Assembly: GCA_036262535.1 (NCBI GenBank)
Contig: DATAIS010000003.1
Coordinates: forward strand, 1 to 59,920
Direction: 5' to 3'
From: Gemmatimonadaceae bacterium
GTDB lineage: Bacteria; Gemmatimonadota; Gemmatimonadetes; Gemmatimonadales; Gemmatimonadaceae
DNA: 59,920 bases
The position numbers were made by a program, and so were the translations under genes. The notes under the pieces are model-generated. The model saw only the letters and a program-made list of their open reading frames with translations, ran no database searches and was not told the origin of the DNA. Positions 26,409-37,784 of this stretch are shown here, piece after piece (the stretch's first letter is position 1; every line of letters starts with the position of its first letter).

Positions 26409-26861
26409 CTACCGATTCCAGTGAAATGCCAGACGGGCTTCGCGGACGCCAGCGAGCGGCACCCGTCGCTCGTCACCCTTCGGCATCCGAACGATCGCGA
26501 CGTCCTCCTCCACACCTACTATTTCCACTTCTGCACGGCCGCCGACGTCGTCGCTCACGACGTTCGCCTTGCGGCCGACGAATCGCTTCCAGTCAGCGGC
26601 GCCACGCAGGGGCCGTTCGACCCCGGGCGACGACACCTCCAGCACGTAGCGCGTGCCGACGACGTCGCCGGCGTCGAGCCGCGGCTCGATCGCGCGCGAC
26701 ACGCGTGCGCAGTCGTCCACGGTAACCTGCTCGCCGTCGAGCCGGTCGATCCGCACGTCAACAAGGGGCCGTCCCCTGGTGCCGCCACGCCGAAGTTCGA
26801 CGAGCTCGTATCCGAGCCCCTCAACCTCTTTGCGGACAACGTCTTCCAGGAGGTCGTTCAT
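26409..26861 (-). CDS. rimP: Ribosome maturation factor RimP
   Basis: ORF 26409..26915 trimmed to MNDLLEDVVRKEVEGLGYELVEL (ATG 26861), 150 aa. The ORF-track N-terminal extension reads through the leader terminator hairpin. Confidence 0.85.
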   Translation of the reverse strand: MNDLLEDVVRKEVEGLGYELVELRRGGTRGRPLVDVRIDRLDGEQVTVDDCARVSRAIEPRLDAGDVVGTRYVLEVSSPGVERPLRGAADWKRFVGRKANVVSDDVGGRAEVEIVGVEEDVAIVRMPKGDERRVPLAGVREARLAFHWNR

Positions 26862-26881
26862 GTCGAATCTAGGCCCCCGCC

Positions 26882-26917
26882 AAGAAACAAAAAATGTGGG
26901 GAGCCTCCCCCACATTT
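26882..26917 (-). terminator. Intrinsic terminator (attenuator candidate) in the rimP-nusA-infB leader
   Basis: Minus strand reads AAATGTGGGG-GAGGCT-CCCCACATTT (26917-26892, a 10-bp perfect stem). It is followed immediately by TTTGTTTCTT (26891-26882). The structure ends 21 nt upstream of the rimP ATG. Confidence 0.75.
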
Positions 26918-26952
26918 CACGCGCGGCCGGCCTGCTTTCCGCGCTGGTTGGG

Positions 26953-26981
26953 AATCTAGTCGCGCCCGGGGGCTACGGCAA
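26953..26981 (-). promoter_or_regulatory. Candidate promoter of the rimP-nusA-infB operon
   Basis: Minus strand reads TTGCCG (26981-26976), a 17-nt spacer containing the pgeF TAG stop, then TAGATT (26958-26953). It sits upstream of the leader terminator. Confidence 0.5.
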
Positions 26982-27710
26982 GCTCCGCGAGCTGCGTGGG
27001 GCGAGGAGCACGCCGAGCTGGCGGCCGGTGTCTCCGGCGCGATGCGAGAAGAAGCGGTCGTTGTTGCAACGCGTGCAGCAGTCGCTGACGGTGATCTCGT
27101 TGACGCCGCGCCCCCGCGCATGCGAGGCGATCAGCGCCCGCAGGTCGACAGTGGCAGGGCGGTCCACCGAGCGGCCGGTCAGCCGACCGTAGACGTCCGG
27201 GCTCACCTCGTAGCAGCGCCCGCAGATCGCCGGGCCGAGGTGGATCACGAGCTCTCCCGGCGCGCACTGCTCGGCTTCGAGGAGGGCAATGGCGCGCTCG
27301 ACGATGCGCGCCTCGGTGCCTTTCCACCCGGAGTGAAGGAGGGCCGTTGGCCCGCGCGGATGGGCGATGAACACCGGCACGCAGTCGGCGATCGTCACGG
27401 CGAGCGCCGTCCCGGTGAAGGGCGCGAGGTGACCGTCGGCGTCGTCCGATCTCAGCCACCCCGTCCAGCCAGGCGCATGGCGGATGACGGTGTCCCCATG
27501 GACCTGCTTCGCGGTCGCGAGTCGCGCCTCCCCCAGAAATTCCCGGAGCGCCGACCACCGCCCCATCACCTCCGACACAGGCTCGTCGCCGTGGGTGCCG
27601 AAGGTGCCGAAGGCCCGCTTGGTGGTGAAGGCGACGACGCCCAGTGCCGCGAACCCGGGCGCGAGCTCGCGCGCCTCGGCCGATCCCAGCGGGAGCGCCG
27701 CCGCGGTCAC
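26973..27710 (-). CDS. pgeF: Peptidoglycan editing factor PgeF (YfiH/DUF152 laccase-domain protein)
   Basis: ORF 26973..28028 trimmed to GTG 27710 (GTGA overlap with the murA stop), 245 aa. QVHG, ADC.P, HSGWKGT and CGRCYEV motifs. Confidence 0.8.
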   Translation of the reverse strand: MTAAALPLGSAEARELAPGFAALGVVAFTTKRAFGTFGTHGDEPVSEVMGRWSALREFLGEARLATAKQVHGDTVIRHAPGWTGWLRSDDADGHLAPFTGTALAVTIADCVPVFIAHPRGPTALLHSGWKGTEARIVERAIALLEAEQCAPGELVIHLGPAICGRCYEVSPDVYGRLTGRSVDRPATVDLRALIASHARGRGVNEITVSDCCTRCNNDRFFSHRAGDTGRQLGVLLAPRSSRSLP

Positions 27711-29014
27711 GTCCGCCGGTCGTCGACGCGCTCGATCTTCGCGCCCAGCGCGCGCAGCCGCTCGTCGATCCGCTCGTAGCCGCGCTCGATCTGCCCGACG
27801 TTGTTGATCGTGCTCGTGCCGCGGGCGCAGAGTGCGGCGAGGAGCATCGCCATGCCGGCGCGGATGTCGGGGGACTCGACCGTCGACGCGGTGAGCTGCG
27901 TCGGCCCGGAGATGATCGCGCGATGCGGGTCGCAGAGGACGATGCGCGCCCCCATGCCGACGAGCTTGTCGACGAAGAACATCCGCGACTCGAACATCTT
28001 CTCGAACATGAGGATCATGCCGCGGCACTGGGTCGCGGTGACGATCGCGATGCTCATGACGTCGGCGGGAAACGCGGGCCAGGGCTGGTCCTCGAGCTTC
28101 GGCACCGCGCCGCCGAGGTCGGCCACGATCTCCATCTCCTGGCTCGCGGGGACGACGAGGTCACCGCCATCCACCTCGCAGTGAACACCGAGCCGCTCGA
28201 AGCCCATCCGGATCGAGCGAAGGTGCTCGACGCCCGCCTGCTCGATGCGGATCGGCGACTTGGTCACGGCGGCGAGGCCGATGAAGGAACCGACCTCGAT
28301 GTGGTCCGGGCCGATGCGGTGGGTCGCGCCGTGAAGGCTGCGGCCGCCGTGGATGGTGACGCGATTCGTGCCGATCCCCTCGATCTGCGCGCCGAGGGCG
28401 ACGAGGAAGTGGCAGAGATCCTGGACGTGCGGCTCGCAGGCGGCGTTGCCAAGGACCGTCGTGCCCGCCGCGGCGACGGCGGCGGTGATCGCGTTCTCGG
28501 TCGCGGTCACGCTCGGCTCGTCGAGGAAGATGTCGGCGCCGCGGAGGCCCGACGTCCTGAACTCGAAGTTGCGGCCGACCTTGTGGGTCGCGCCGAGCTG
28601 CTCGAGGGCGAGGAAGTGGGTGTCGAGCCGGCGACGGCCGATGACGTCGCCCCCGGGCGGCGGGAGGGTGACCTGCCCGCAGCGGGCGAGGAGGGGCGCG
28701 GCGAGCAGGATGGCGCCGCGGATCTTCTTGCAGAGGGCAGGATCGAGGTCCGCGGCGCGGACCTCTTCGGCATGGATGCGGAGCGTGTTGCGCGCGGTCC
28801 ACTCGGCGCCGGCGCCGACCGACTTCACCAGCTCGACGAGCGTCTCGACGTCGCGGATGCGCGGGACGTTCTCGAGGATGACCGGCTCCGGTGAGAGCAG
28901 CGAGGCGGCGACGATGGGGAGGGCGGCATTCTTGTTCCCCGAAGGGCGGATCGTGCCGGAGAGGCGATGCCCTCCCTCGACGATGTACTGAAGTGCCGGC
29001 GAAGCAGAACCCAT
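27707..29014 (-). CDS. murA: UDP-N-acetylglucosamine 1-carboxyvinyltransferase
   Basis: ORF 27707..29074 trimmed to [34 protein letters not shown] (ATG 29014), 435 aa. The typical MurA N-terminus and an inside-out alpha/beta barrel repeat pattern are present. Confidence 0.92.
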   Translation of the reverse strand: MGSASPALQYIVEGGHRLSGTIRPSGNKNAALPIVAASLLSPEPVILENVPRIRDVETLVELVKSVGAGAEWTARNTLRIHAEEVRAADLDPALCKKIRGAILLAAPLLARCGQVTLPPPGGDVIGRRRLDTHFLALEQLGATHKVGRNFEFRTSGLRGADIFLDEPSVTATENAITAAVAAAGTTVLGNAACEPHVQDLCHFLVALGAQIEGIGTNRVTIHGGRSLHGATHRIGPDHIEVGSFIGLAAVTKSPIRIEQAGVEHLRSIRMGFERLGVHCEVDGGDLVVPASQEMEIVADLGGAVPKLEDQPWPAFPADVMSIAIVTATQCRGMILMFEKMFESRMFFVDKLVGMGARIVLCDPHRAIISGPTQLTASTVESPDIRAGMAMLLAALCARGTSTINNVGQIERGYERIDERLRALGAKIERVDDRRT

Positions 29015-29201
29015 TGCGAGTGAGACCGTGAAAAAGTGACGCGAAGGATGGACAGGCGCTGGACGCCGACGCAAGCCGGCTCGTCACGGCGTGCGCGAGG
29101 TCACGGGCCTGGCGGCGCGCCCGGCCCGTGGCGGGAGCGGCACGGAGCGCGTACGATTGCCCCGGCAGGCTCGGCTGGCCTCACCTTTGCACGTTGCCCG
29201 G

Positions 29202-29849
29202 ATGATGAACGGGATCACGGACGTGGGGGCGCTGCTGCTGCAGGTCGCGCAGAGCTCCGACACGCTGCTCATGAAGACGGTGAACTCGCGCGGGTGGTTC
29301 GAGCAGCTCACGGCCATCGCCAGTGGGCTGGTCTCGATCTCCCTGCTCGTGCTGACCGTGGCGCTCGTCCCGGCGGCGTGGAACTTCAGGAAGAGCTACA
29401 AGAAGATCAATCACCTGCTCGACCGCGTGTACGCGGACGTGAACCCGCTCGTCAAGCACGCCAGCACCATCGCCGACAACCTCGATTACATCACGACGTC
29501 TGTGCGCGTGGACATCCAGCGCGTGAACCAGACGATCGCGGCCGCGAACCAGCGGCTGCGCGAGGCGGTGGACATGACCGAGACGCGGCTGCAGGAGTTC
29601 AACGCGCTCCTCAAGGTGGTGCAGCAGGAGGCGGAGGAGACGTTCGTGTCGACGGCGTCGGTGGTGCGCGGTGTGCGGAAGGGGATCGAATCACTCGAGG
29701 ACGAAGATGGGGCCCGGACCACCGCGCACCTGGCGCGGGGCGGGAGCGACGACGACTGGATCGAAGGGGGAGATGATGGCTACGAGCGTGAGACCACGGC
29801 CGCGGACCGGCGGGCCGGCCCGCGCATCCGGCCGCGCGACATCGGGTGA
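29202..29849 (+). CDS. Hypothetical membrane protein with a coiled-coil region (DUF948-like)
   Basis: ORF 29091..29849 trimmed to MMNGITD (ATG 29202). It has one TM helix (IASGLVSISLLVLTVALVPAAW), a long helical segment and an acidic tail. Family assignment is tentative and there is no SD upstream. Confidence 0.45.
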   Translation: MMNGITDVGALLLQVAQSSDTLLMKTVNSRGWFEQLTAIASGLVSISLLVLTVALVPAAWNFRKSYKKINHLLDRVYADVNPLVKHASTIADNLDYITTSVRVDIQRVNQTIAAANQRLREAVDMTETRLQEFNALLKVVQQEAEETFVSTASVVRGVRKGIESLEDEDGARTTAHLARGGSDDDWIEGGDDGYERETTAADRRAGPRIRPRDIG

Positions 29850-30237
29850 CGATGCGCGCGAGCAGCAGTTCGACCTTCTCACCGCTGCGCTGATCGGTGT
29901 CGCCATCGGCGTCGGCACGACGCTGCTCCTGCGGCGCGGCCCCGGCGGATCGCGGCCTGTGGTGCCTCTGCTGCGTGCGGCAGGAAAGGGCGCGAAGTGG
30001 GCGGGCGTCTTCGGGCTCCGCGGCGCGAAGGCAGGCGCGCGGGGGGCGGGACGCGGGGCGAAGTGGGTCGCCGACAAGGGCGAGGACCTCTGGGAGCGCT
30101 TCCCCGCGGACGAGATCGGCGAGAGCGTGGGCGAGTTCCTCGACGACGCGCGCGAGCGGATCAGCGACACGGTCGAGTCGGAGCTTCAGGATCTTCGCAA
30201 GGCCATTCGCAGGCAGCGCCGCAAGCTCGGCGTCTGA
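29773..30237 (+). CDS. Hypothetical small membrane protein (Gly/Ala/Lys-rich, C-terminal amphipathic helix)
   Basis: ORF 29671..30237 trimmed to MMATSV (ATG 29773), preceded by GAAGGGGGAG (SD-like). It has the TM helix LLTAALIGVAIGVGTTLLL and overlaps the upstream ORF by 77 nt in another frame. Confidence 0.45.
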   Translation: MMATSVRPRPRTGGPARASGRATSGDDAREQQFDLLTAALIGVAIGVGTTLLLRRGPGGSRPVVPLLRAAGKGAKWAGVFGLRGAKAGARGAGRGAKWVADKGEDLWERFPADEIGESVGEFLDDARERISDTVESELQDLRKAIRRQRRKLGV

Positions 30238-31172
30238 ATTGGAGAAGGCAGGTGGAGGGCGCGCGGGTCTCTCGCGCGCCCTTCGCGTGTTCGGCACCGT
30301 CGCCGTCGCGCTGCTCCTGATCGCGCTCTTCCCGAGCGACGCGTGGGCCTGGACGCCGGGGACGCACATCCTGCTCAGCGAGGCGGTGCTGCGCGCGGCC
30401 TCGTCGCTCCCGCCCGCCGTGGCCGCGCTCCTCCAGGCATTCCCCTACGACTTCCTCTACGGGTCGATCGCAGCCGACACGAGCATCGCCAAGAAGTACG
30501 CGGCGCCGGGGCGGCACTGCCACGCCTGGCATGTGGGGTTCGAGATCCACGAGGAGGCGCGCGACGAGCCGCTGCGCGCCTTCGCGTTAGGCTACCTGAC
30601 GCACCTCGCCGCCGACGTCGTCGCGCACAACTGGTTCGTTCCGCGGCAGCTCGCGGTCGCCTCGCGCACGGCAGGGCTCGGGCACAGCTACTGGGAGAGC
30701 CGCTTCGAGGCGCACCTCGGCGAGGGGCTGGGGCGGCGCGCGCGCGAGGTCATCCTCCTCGACCACGCACGCTCCGACGAGCTGCTCGACCGCGTGCTGA
30801 GCCCGACGATCTTCAGCACCGCGACCAACCGCCGGATCTTCCGCGGGATGGTGTACGTCACGGACACCGAGTCGTGGCAGCGCGTGTTCAAGGTCGCGAA
30901 GGAGATGAGCCGCCACGACCTCCCCGACCCGGTGGTCGACCGGTACACGCGCTATGCGTACGACTACGTGATGGACCTGCTGGTGCGGCTGGACCGCTCC
31001 GAGCCGTTCCGTCACGATCCGAGCGGGGAGGAGCCGCTGCAGCTCGCGAAGCGCATCCGGCGCCAGACGTTAGGCGCCGGCGGCGGGGGGATCGACGCGC
31101 TGATCGACGAGGCGGAGCGGCACTTCGCGATGCCGGCCAGTGCGCTCGACTACGCCGGGCGCGCCGAAGGGC

Positions 31173-32614
<1,442 letters not shown>

Positions 32615-32618
<4 letters not shown>

Positions 32619-34069
32619 CGGTGCGCCTCCTCGCCGAGCGCGTTCTCGAGCGCATACGCGACGGCGAACATCCGCGCCTCGTCGAAGTGGCCGGCGAGCA
32701 GCTGCGCGCCGACGGGCAGACCCTCGATGCGCCCGACGGGCAGCGACATCCCGGGAACGCCGGCGAGGTTCGCCGTCGCCGTGAAGATGTCGCTCAGGTA
32801 CATCTCGTACGGGTCGGCCTTCGCGCCGAATGGAAACGCGGTCGTGGGCGTCGTCGGGGTCAGCAGCACGTGCACGCCGCTGGCGAAGACGCTCCTGAAG
32901 TCGTCGGCGATGAGGCTCCGCACCTGCTGCGCCTTGCGATAATAGGCGTCGTAGTAGCCGGCGGAGAGCACGTAGGTGCCGAGCAGGATGCGGCGCGTGA
33001 CCTCGGGCCCGAAGCCGCGCGAGCGCGTCGCCTCGTAGGTCGCGACGAGCCCCGGCGCCGGGACGCGGAGCCCGTAGCGCACGCCGTCGAAGCGCGCGAG
33101 GTTGGACGACGCCTCCGCCGGCGCCACGATGTAGTAGACCGGGATCGCGAGATCGGTGTGCGGCAGCGAGACGTCGCGGATCTCGGCGCCTCGCTCGCGA
33201 AGGAGCTCGATGGCGCGCTCGCACTTCTCGCGGATGCGCGCGTCGAGCGACTCCGGGAAGTACTCGCGCGGGCGGCCGATGACGACGCCGGTGAGCGAGG
33301 CATCGCGGGCATCGGCATAGCGGGCGACGGGCACTGACGCCGACGTCGAGTCCATGACGTCGCGTCCGGCGATGACCTGGAGGCCCAACGCCGCGTCGTC
33401 CACGGTGCGGCCGAAGACTCCTATCTGATCGAGTGACGATGCGAACGCCACGAGCCCGTAGCGCGAGACGCGGCCGTAGGTCGGCTTGACGCCGACGATG
33501 CCACAGAATGCCGCCGGCTGCCTGACGCTGCCGCCCGTCTCCGAGCCGAGCGCGATCGGGACCATTCCCGCGGCGACGACGGCCGCGGAGCCTCCCGAGG
33601 ATCCCCCGGGCACGCGGGAGGGATCGATCGGATTCCGCGCCGGGCCGAAGGCGCTGTTCTCCGTGGACGAGCCCATCGCGAACTCGTCCATGTTCGTCTT
33701 CCCGACCACGGTCGCGCCGGCGGCGCGAAGCCGCGTCACCGCCGTGGCCTCGAAGGGGCTGACGTAGCCCTCGAGGATTCGCGACCCGCAGCTCGTCGGC
33801 AGCTCGAGGGTCGCGATGTTGTCCTTCACCGCGATCGGGACGCCGGCGAGAAGCCCGCGGTCGACCTGGGTGTCGTCGCCGACGACGCGCTCGCGCGCCT
33901 GCTCGGTGGCGCGTGTCCGGTCGGTCCAGAGGAGCGCGTTGAGCCCGCCGGCGCCGACGCCGGCGGCGTCGCCGCGGGCGAACGCCTCACGGACAGCCTG
34001 GTCGGGCGCGAGCTTGCCGGCGACGACCTGCGTGGCGATCGACCGCGCCGTGGGAGCGACGGTGCTCAC
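32615..34069 (-). CDS. gatA: Glu-tRNA(Gln) amidotransferase subunit A
   Basis: 484 aa with the amidase signature GGSSGGSAAVVAAG and KDNI motif. Confidence 0.93.
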
Positions 34070-34380
34070 GCGGTTTCCTCCGCAGCGTCGTCGTGCGTCG
34101 CGAGGCGCGGCACGATGAGGAATCCGTCCCGCGTGGCGGGCGCGAACGACTCGATCGGGTGCGCGAGCGGTACGGGCTCACCGCCGTCCTCGCGCAGCGG
34201 CGTCCCGGCCGCGCCGACTCCCTCCGTCGCCGCGACACCGGTGGTGTCGACCTTTCCGAGCACGTCCATGTGCTCGAGGATGCCGTTGAGCTGGGCGACG
34301 AGCTGCGGGAGGCGCTCCTCGGAGACACCGAGGCGCGCCAGCTTCGCGACGTGCAGGACGTCAGATACGTTGACCGACAT
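34066..34380 (-). CDS. gatC: Asp/Glu-tRNA amidotransferase subunit C
   Basis: 104 aa. VLHVAKLARL...E...L...L..IL.H...L..VDT pattern, immediately upstream of gatA with a 4-nt overlap. Confidence 0.85.
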   Translation of the reverse strand: MSVNVSDVLHVAKLARLGVSEERLPQLVAQLNGILEHMDVLGKVDTTGVAATEGVGAAGTPLREDGGEPVPLAHPIESFAPATRDGFLIVPRLATHDDAAEETA

Positions 34381-36645
34381 TCACTCCCATCCGCGTTCGA
34401 GGGCGGCGTAGGCGACGACGAGCTTCTTGCGTCCGATCGACTCGTCGTCGAAATCCACGGTGACCTTGGTCTCGCGACCCGTCCCAGAGAGCTCGGCGAT
34501 GGTCCCGCTGCCGAAGCGCGCGTGCTTCACGCGCTCGCCCTTCACGAATCGCGGCGTGTCCTGCGAAGCCTCGACGTCGGCGTCCTGCGGCGCGGGCCGG
34601 CGCGCGAAGCCGCCGACGGGGGAGCCAGGGCGCCGCATCGACGGCGACTGGGGAAGCACGGTGCGTCCGGTCGCGCGGAGGCGCATCGTCGCCCGCGTCT
34701 CGACGAGCGTCGGCGGGATCGGCGTCAGGAAGCTCGACGGGATCGACGGCATCGTCTCGCCGTTGCGGCGCCGGCTGCGTGCATGGGTGAGGAAGAGCTT
34801 CTCCTCGGCGCGCGTGACGGCGACGTAGCAGAGCCGGCGCTCCTCCTCCAGCAGCTTCGGATCGTCGAAGGCGCGCGCGAGCGGGAAGAGGCCGTCCTCG
34901 AGCCCGGTCACGAAGACGAGCGGGAACTCCAGCCCCTTGGCGTTGTGCACCGTCATCAGCGTGATCGCATCCGCTTCCGGGTCGAGCTTGTCGAGGTCGG
35001 CGACGAGCGAGGCACGCTGCAGGAAGTGCTCGAGCGGCGTGAGTCCCACTTCCCCGCCCTCCTCGATCACCGCCTCGGCCGCGCCGGTCACCAGCTCGCG
35101 GACGTTCTCGATCCGCTCCTCGCCTTCGGGCCCTTCGGCGCGGAGATGCTCGACGTAGCGGATCGCGTCGATGAGATCGCGCAGGATCTCGTCGACGCTC
35201 TCGGTGCGTGCCCGCTCGCGAAAGCGCGCGACGGTGCCGGCGAAGTCGCCGAGCGCCGCGCGCGCGGCCGGGCGCATTCCCTCGAGGAGATCGGCGCGCG
35301 TCGCGGCCGCCAGCAGTGGGATGCCCGCTGTACGCGCACGGTCGGCGAGCATCTCGATGCTCGCCTCGCCGAGTCCGCGCTTCGGGACAGCGACGGCACG
35401 GCGAAACGCCTCGTCGTCGGCGGGGTTCGCGACCAGCTTGAGGTACGCCATGAGGTCGCGGATCTCGCGACGATCGTAGAAGCGCACCGCGCCGATGAGC
35501 CGATAGGGCAAGGCGTGGCGGCGCAGCGCTTCCTCCATCGGGCGGCTCTGCGCGTTGGTGCGATAGAGGATCGCGACGTCGCGCAGCGCGATGCCGGCGC
35601 GCGGGCCGCGCCGCTCGAGGATCTCCTCGACCACCGAGTCGGCCTCGTCGCGGTCGTCCATCGCGCCGACCACGGTTACCGGCTCCCCCTCGGGACGCGT
35701 CGCGCGCAGCGTCTTGCCGCGCCGTTCGCTGTTCGGCGCGATGACGGCATTCGCGACGCGCAGGATCGAGGGCGTCGAGCGGTAGTTCTCCTCGAGGCGA
35801 ACGACCTGGGCGTTCGGAAAGTCCTTCTCGAAGTCGAGGATGTTGCGGATGTCGGCGCCGCGCCAGCCGTAGATCGACTGGTCGTCGTCACCGACGACGC
35901 AGACGTTCTGGTGCAGCGAGCCGAGCATCTTCACGAACTGGTACTGCGCGTGGTTCGTGTCCTGATATTCGTCGACGAGGATGAACTGGAAGCGGGCGCG
36001 AAGCTCGTCGAGGTAGGCGGGGTTCTCGCGCAGCATGCGCACGGGGAGCACGAGGAGGTCGTCGAAGTCCACCGCGTTGGCGCCGCGATACGCCGCCTCG
36101 AGGTCGCCGTACACCATCGCGACTGCCCGCGAGAAGGGGTCGGCGGCGAGCTTCGCGTACTCCGCGGGATCGACGAGCGCATTCTTCGCGCTCGAGATCG
36201 CGCCATGTACGGCCCTGGGCGTGAACTGCTTCGAGGAGATCGAGCGCCGCTCCATCACGCGCTTCACGACGCCGAGCTGGTCGTCCTCGTCGTAGATCGT
36301 GAAGTTGCGGTCGCGCCCGACGAGAAAGGGAGTCGCGCGGAGCAGCCGGGCGCCGACGGCGTGGAAGGTGCCCATCCACATCCCGGAAGGCTCCTCGCCG
36401 AGGAGGCGCGCGACGCGCGAGCGCATCTCACCCGCGGCCTTGTTGGTGAAGGTGACGGCGAGAATGAGGCGCGGATCGACGCCATGGTGCCCGATGAGCC
36501 GCGCGATGCGAGTCGTGAGCACGCGCGTCTTCCCCGACCCGGCGCCGGCGAGGACGAGGAGCGGGCCCTCGAAGTGAACGACGGCCTCGCGTTGCGCGGG
36601 ATTGAGGCCGGAGAGGAGCGTGTCGTCGGCGAGCGTGGGCATCAC
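34381..36645 (-). CDS. pcrA: ATP-dependent DNA helicase, UvrD/PcrA family
   Basis: 754 aa. GAGSGKT (motif I), DEYQDTN (II), VGDDDQSIYGWRGA (III), TVHNAKGLEF (V), YVAVTRA (VI) and the C-terminal Tudor-like VKHARFGSGTI segment. Confidence 0.92.
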   Translation of the reverse strand: MMPTLADDTLLSGLNPAQREAVVHFEGPLLVLAGAGSGKTRVLTTRIARLIGHHGVDPRLILAVTFTNKAAGEMRSRVARLLGEEPSGMWMGTFHAVGARLLRATPFLVGRDRNFTIYDEDDQLGVVKRVMERRSISSKQFTPRAVHGAISSAKNALVDPAEYAKLAADPFSRAVAMVYGDLEAAYRGANAVDFDDLLVLPVRMLRENPAYLDELRARFQFILVDEYQDTNHAQYQFVKMLGSLHQNVCVVGDDDQSIYGWRGADIRNILDFEKDFPNAQVVRLEENYRSTPSILRVANAVIAPNSERRGKTLRATRPEGEPVTVVGAMDDRDEADSVVEEILERRGPRAGIALRDVAILYRTNAQSRPMEEALRRHALPYRLIGAVRFYDRREIRDLMAYLKLVANPADDEAFRRAVAVPKRGLGEASIEMLADRARTAGIPLLAAATRADLLEGMRPAARAALGDFAGTVARFRERARTESVDEILRDLIDAIRYVEHLRAEGPEGEERIENVRELVTGAAEAVIEEGGEVGLTPLEHFLQRASLVADLDKLDPEADAITLMTVHNAKGLEFPLVFVTGLEDGLFPLARAFDDPKLLEEERRLCYVAVTRAEEKLFLTHARSRRRNGETMPSIPSSFLTPIPPTLVETRATMRLRATGRTVLPQSPSMRRPGSPVGGFARRPAPQDADVEASQDTPRFVKGERVKHARFGSGTIAELSGTGRETKVTVDFDDESIGRKKLVVAYAALERGWE

Positions 36646-37781
36646 TCAAAGATAATCTCGAACGTCGCTCCCCGATCCGTGGGCACGAGCCGCAGCGTCC
36701 CGCCATGCCAGTCGCGCACGATGCGTCGCGCGAGTGGAAGGCCGATCCCCCAGCCGCCGGGCTTCGTCGTGAAGCCGGCGTCGAAGACACGCTTCCGGAG
36801 CTCCCGCGGAACTCCCGGCCCATCGTCCGATATGCGAACCACCGCGCCTTCGGGGATGACCTCGACGGCGAGGACGATCTCGCCGCCGCGTCCGCCGAGT
36901 GCGTCCACCGAGTTCTTCACGATCGCCTCGAGCGCCCACTCCAGCAGGACCGGATCGCCGTCGATGGTGACCGTTTCTTCCGGGAGGCTCGTCCGCACCC
37001 GCACGGCGCGCGCGAGCGTCGGCACGCGCGCGGCGAAGTAGCGGGCGACCCGGTCCACGAGCGCGGCAAGGTCCACCGGCTCGGCACGCCGTGGCCGGCC
37101 GATGCGCTCGAAGCGATGCGCCACGCGCTCGAGGCGCTCGACGTCGCCGCGCATGAGCACCGCGGTCTCGCGCGCGCCGTCGCCGGCGTCGCGTTCCTCG
37201 AGAAGCTCGAGCCATCCGCGAAGGCTGGAGAGCGGCGTTCCCAGCTGGTGCGCCGACTCGCGCGCCATCCCCGCCCAGATGCGGTCGCGGTCGGCGCGCG
37301 CCCGGCTCCGGAGTACGGCGACGCCCGCCACGAGGAGGATCGCGAGCGTCGCGCCCTGGAGGAATGGGTAGAGCTGGAGCCCCCGGACGAGCGGCGTGTC
37401 GCCGACGTGCACCATCCCGACGCGCGGGACGATGATGGGATCGTTGGCCCGGTCGAGCGTCGCGACGTACTCGCGGACCCGCGGATCCCAGGGCTCGGCA
37501 TCGAAGGGGAGGTTCGCGGCCGCCGTGGGCGTGCCGTCGGGGGCGGTTACGATCAGCGGGACGCCGGACTCACGAATCTCCTCCGCGAGGTCGAGCAGCG
37601 CGGCGGTGCCGTTGGTGTCGCCGGGCGCTCCGAGTGCGCGGTAGACCTGCGCGTACATCCGCGCGCCGCGCTTCGCTTCACGCCGCAGCTCGTTGACGAC
37701 GCGCTGGGTGTATGTCGCCCACCACGCCAGCAGCAGCGCGAGGCCGGCCACCACGAGCACGACCGGCGCGCGGCGCCGCAT
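36642..37781 (-). CDS. Sensor histidine kinase (two TM helices, periplasmic loop, HisKA and HATPase_c domains)
   Basis: 379 aa. H-box ESAHQLGTPLSSLRGWLELL, N-box KNSVDA, and G-boxes DDGPGV and GGWGIGL. No adjacent response regulator. Confidence 0.85.
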   Translation of the reverse strand: MRRRAPVVLVVAGLALLLAWWATYTQRVVNELRREAKRGARMYAQVYRALGAPGDTNGTAALLDLAEEIRESGVPLIVTAPDGTPTAAANLPFDAEPWDPRVREYVATLDRANDPIIVPRVGMVHVGDTPLVRGLQLYPFLQGATLAILLVAGVAVLRSRARADRDRIWAGMARESAHQLGTPLSSLRGWLELLEERDAGDGARETAVLMRGDVERLERVAHRFERIGRPRRAEPVDLAALVDRVARYFAARVPTLARAVRVRTSLPEETVTIDGDPVLLEWALEAIVKNSVDALGGRGGEIVLAVEVIPEGAVVRISDDGPGVPRELRKRVFDAGFTTKPGGWGIGLPLARRIVRDWHGGTLRLVPTDRGATFEIIFE

Positions 37782-37784
37782 CGT

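Noticed and set aside
26865-26872. Second CTAGATTC copy immediately upstream of the rimP ATG, considered as a leaderless-mRNA promoter.
   Set aside because: Only 4 nt separate the TAGATT box from the ATG. No -35-like hexamer is present at 16-18 nt. It is kept only as a note within the leader finding.
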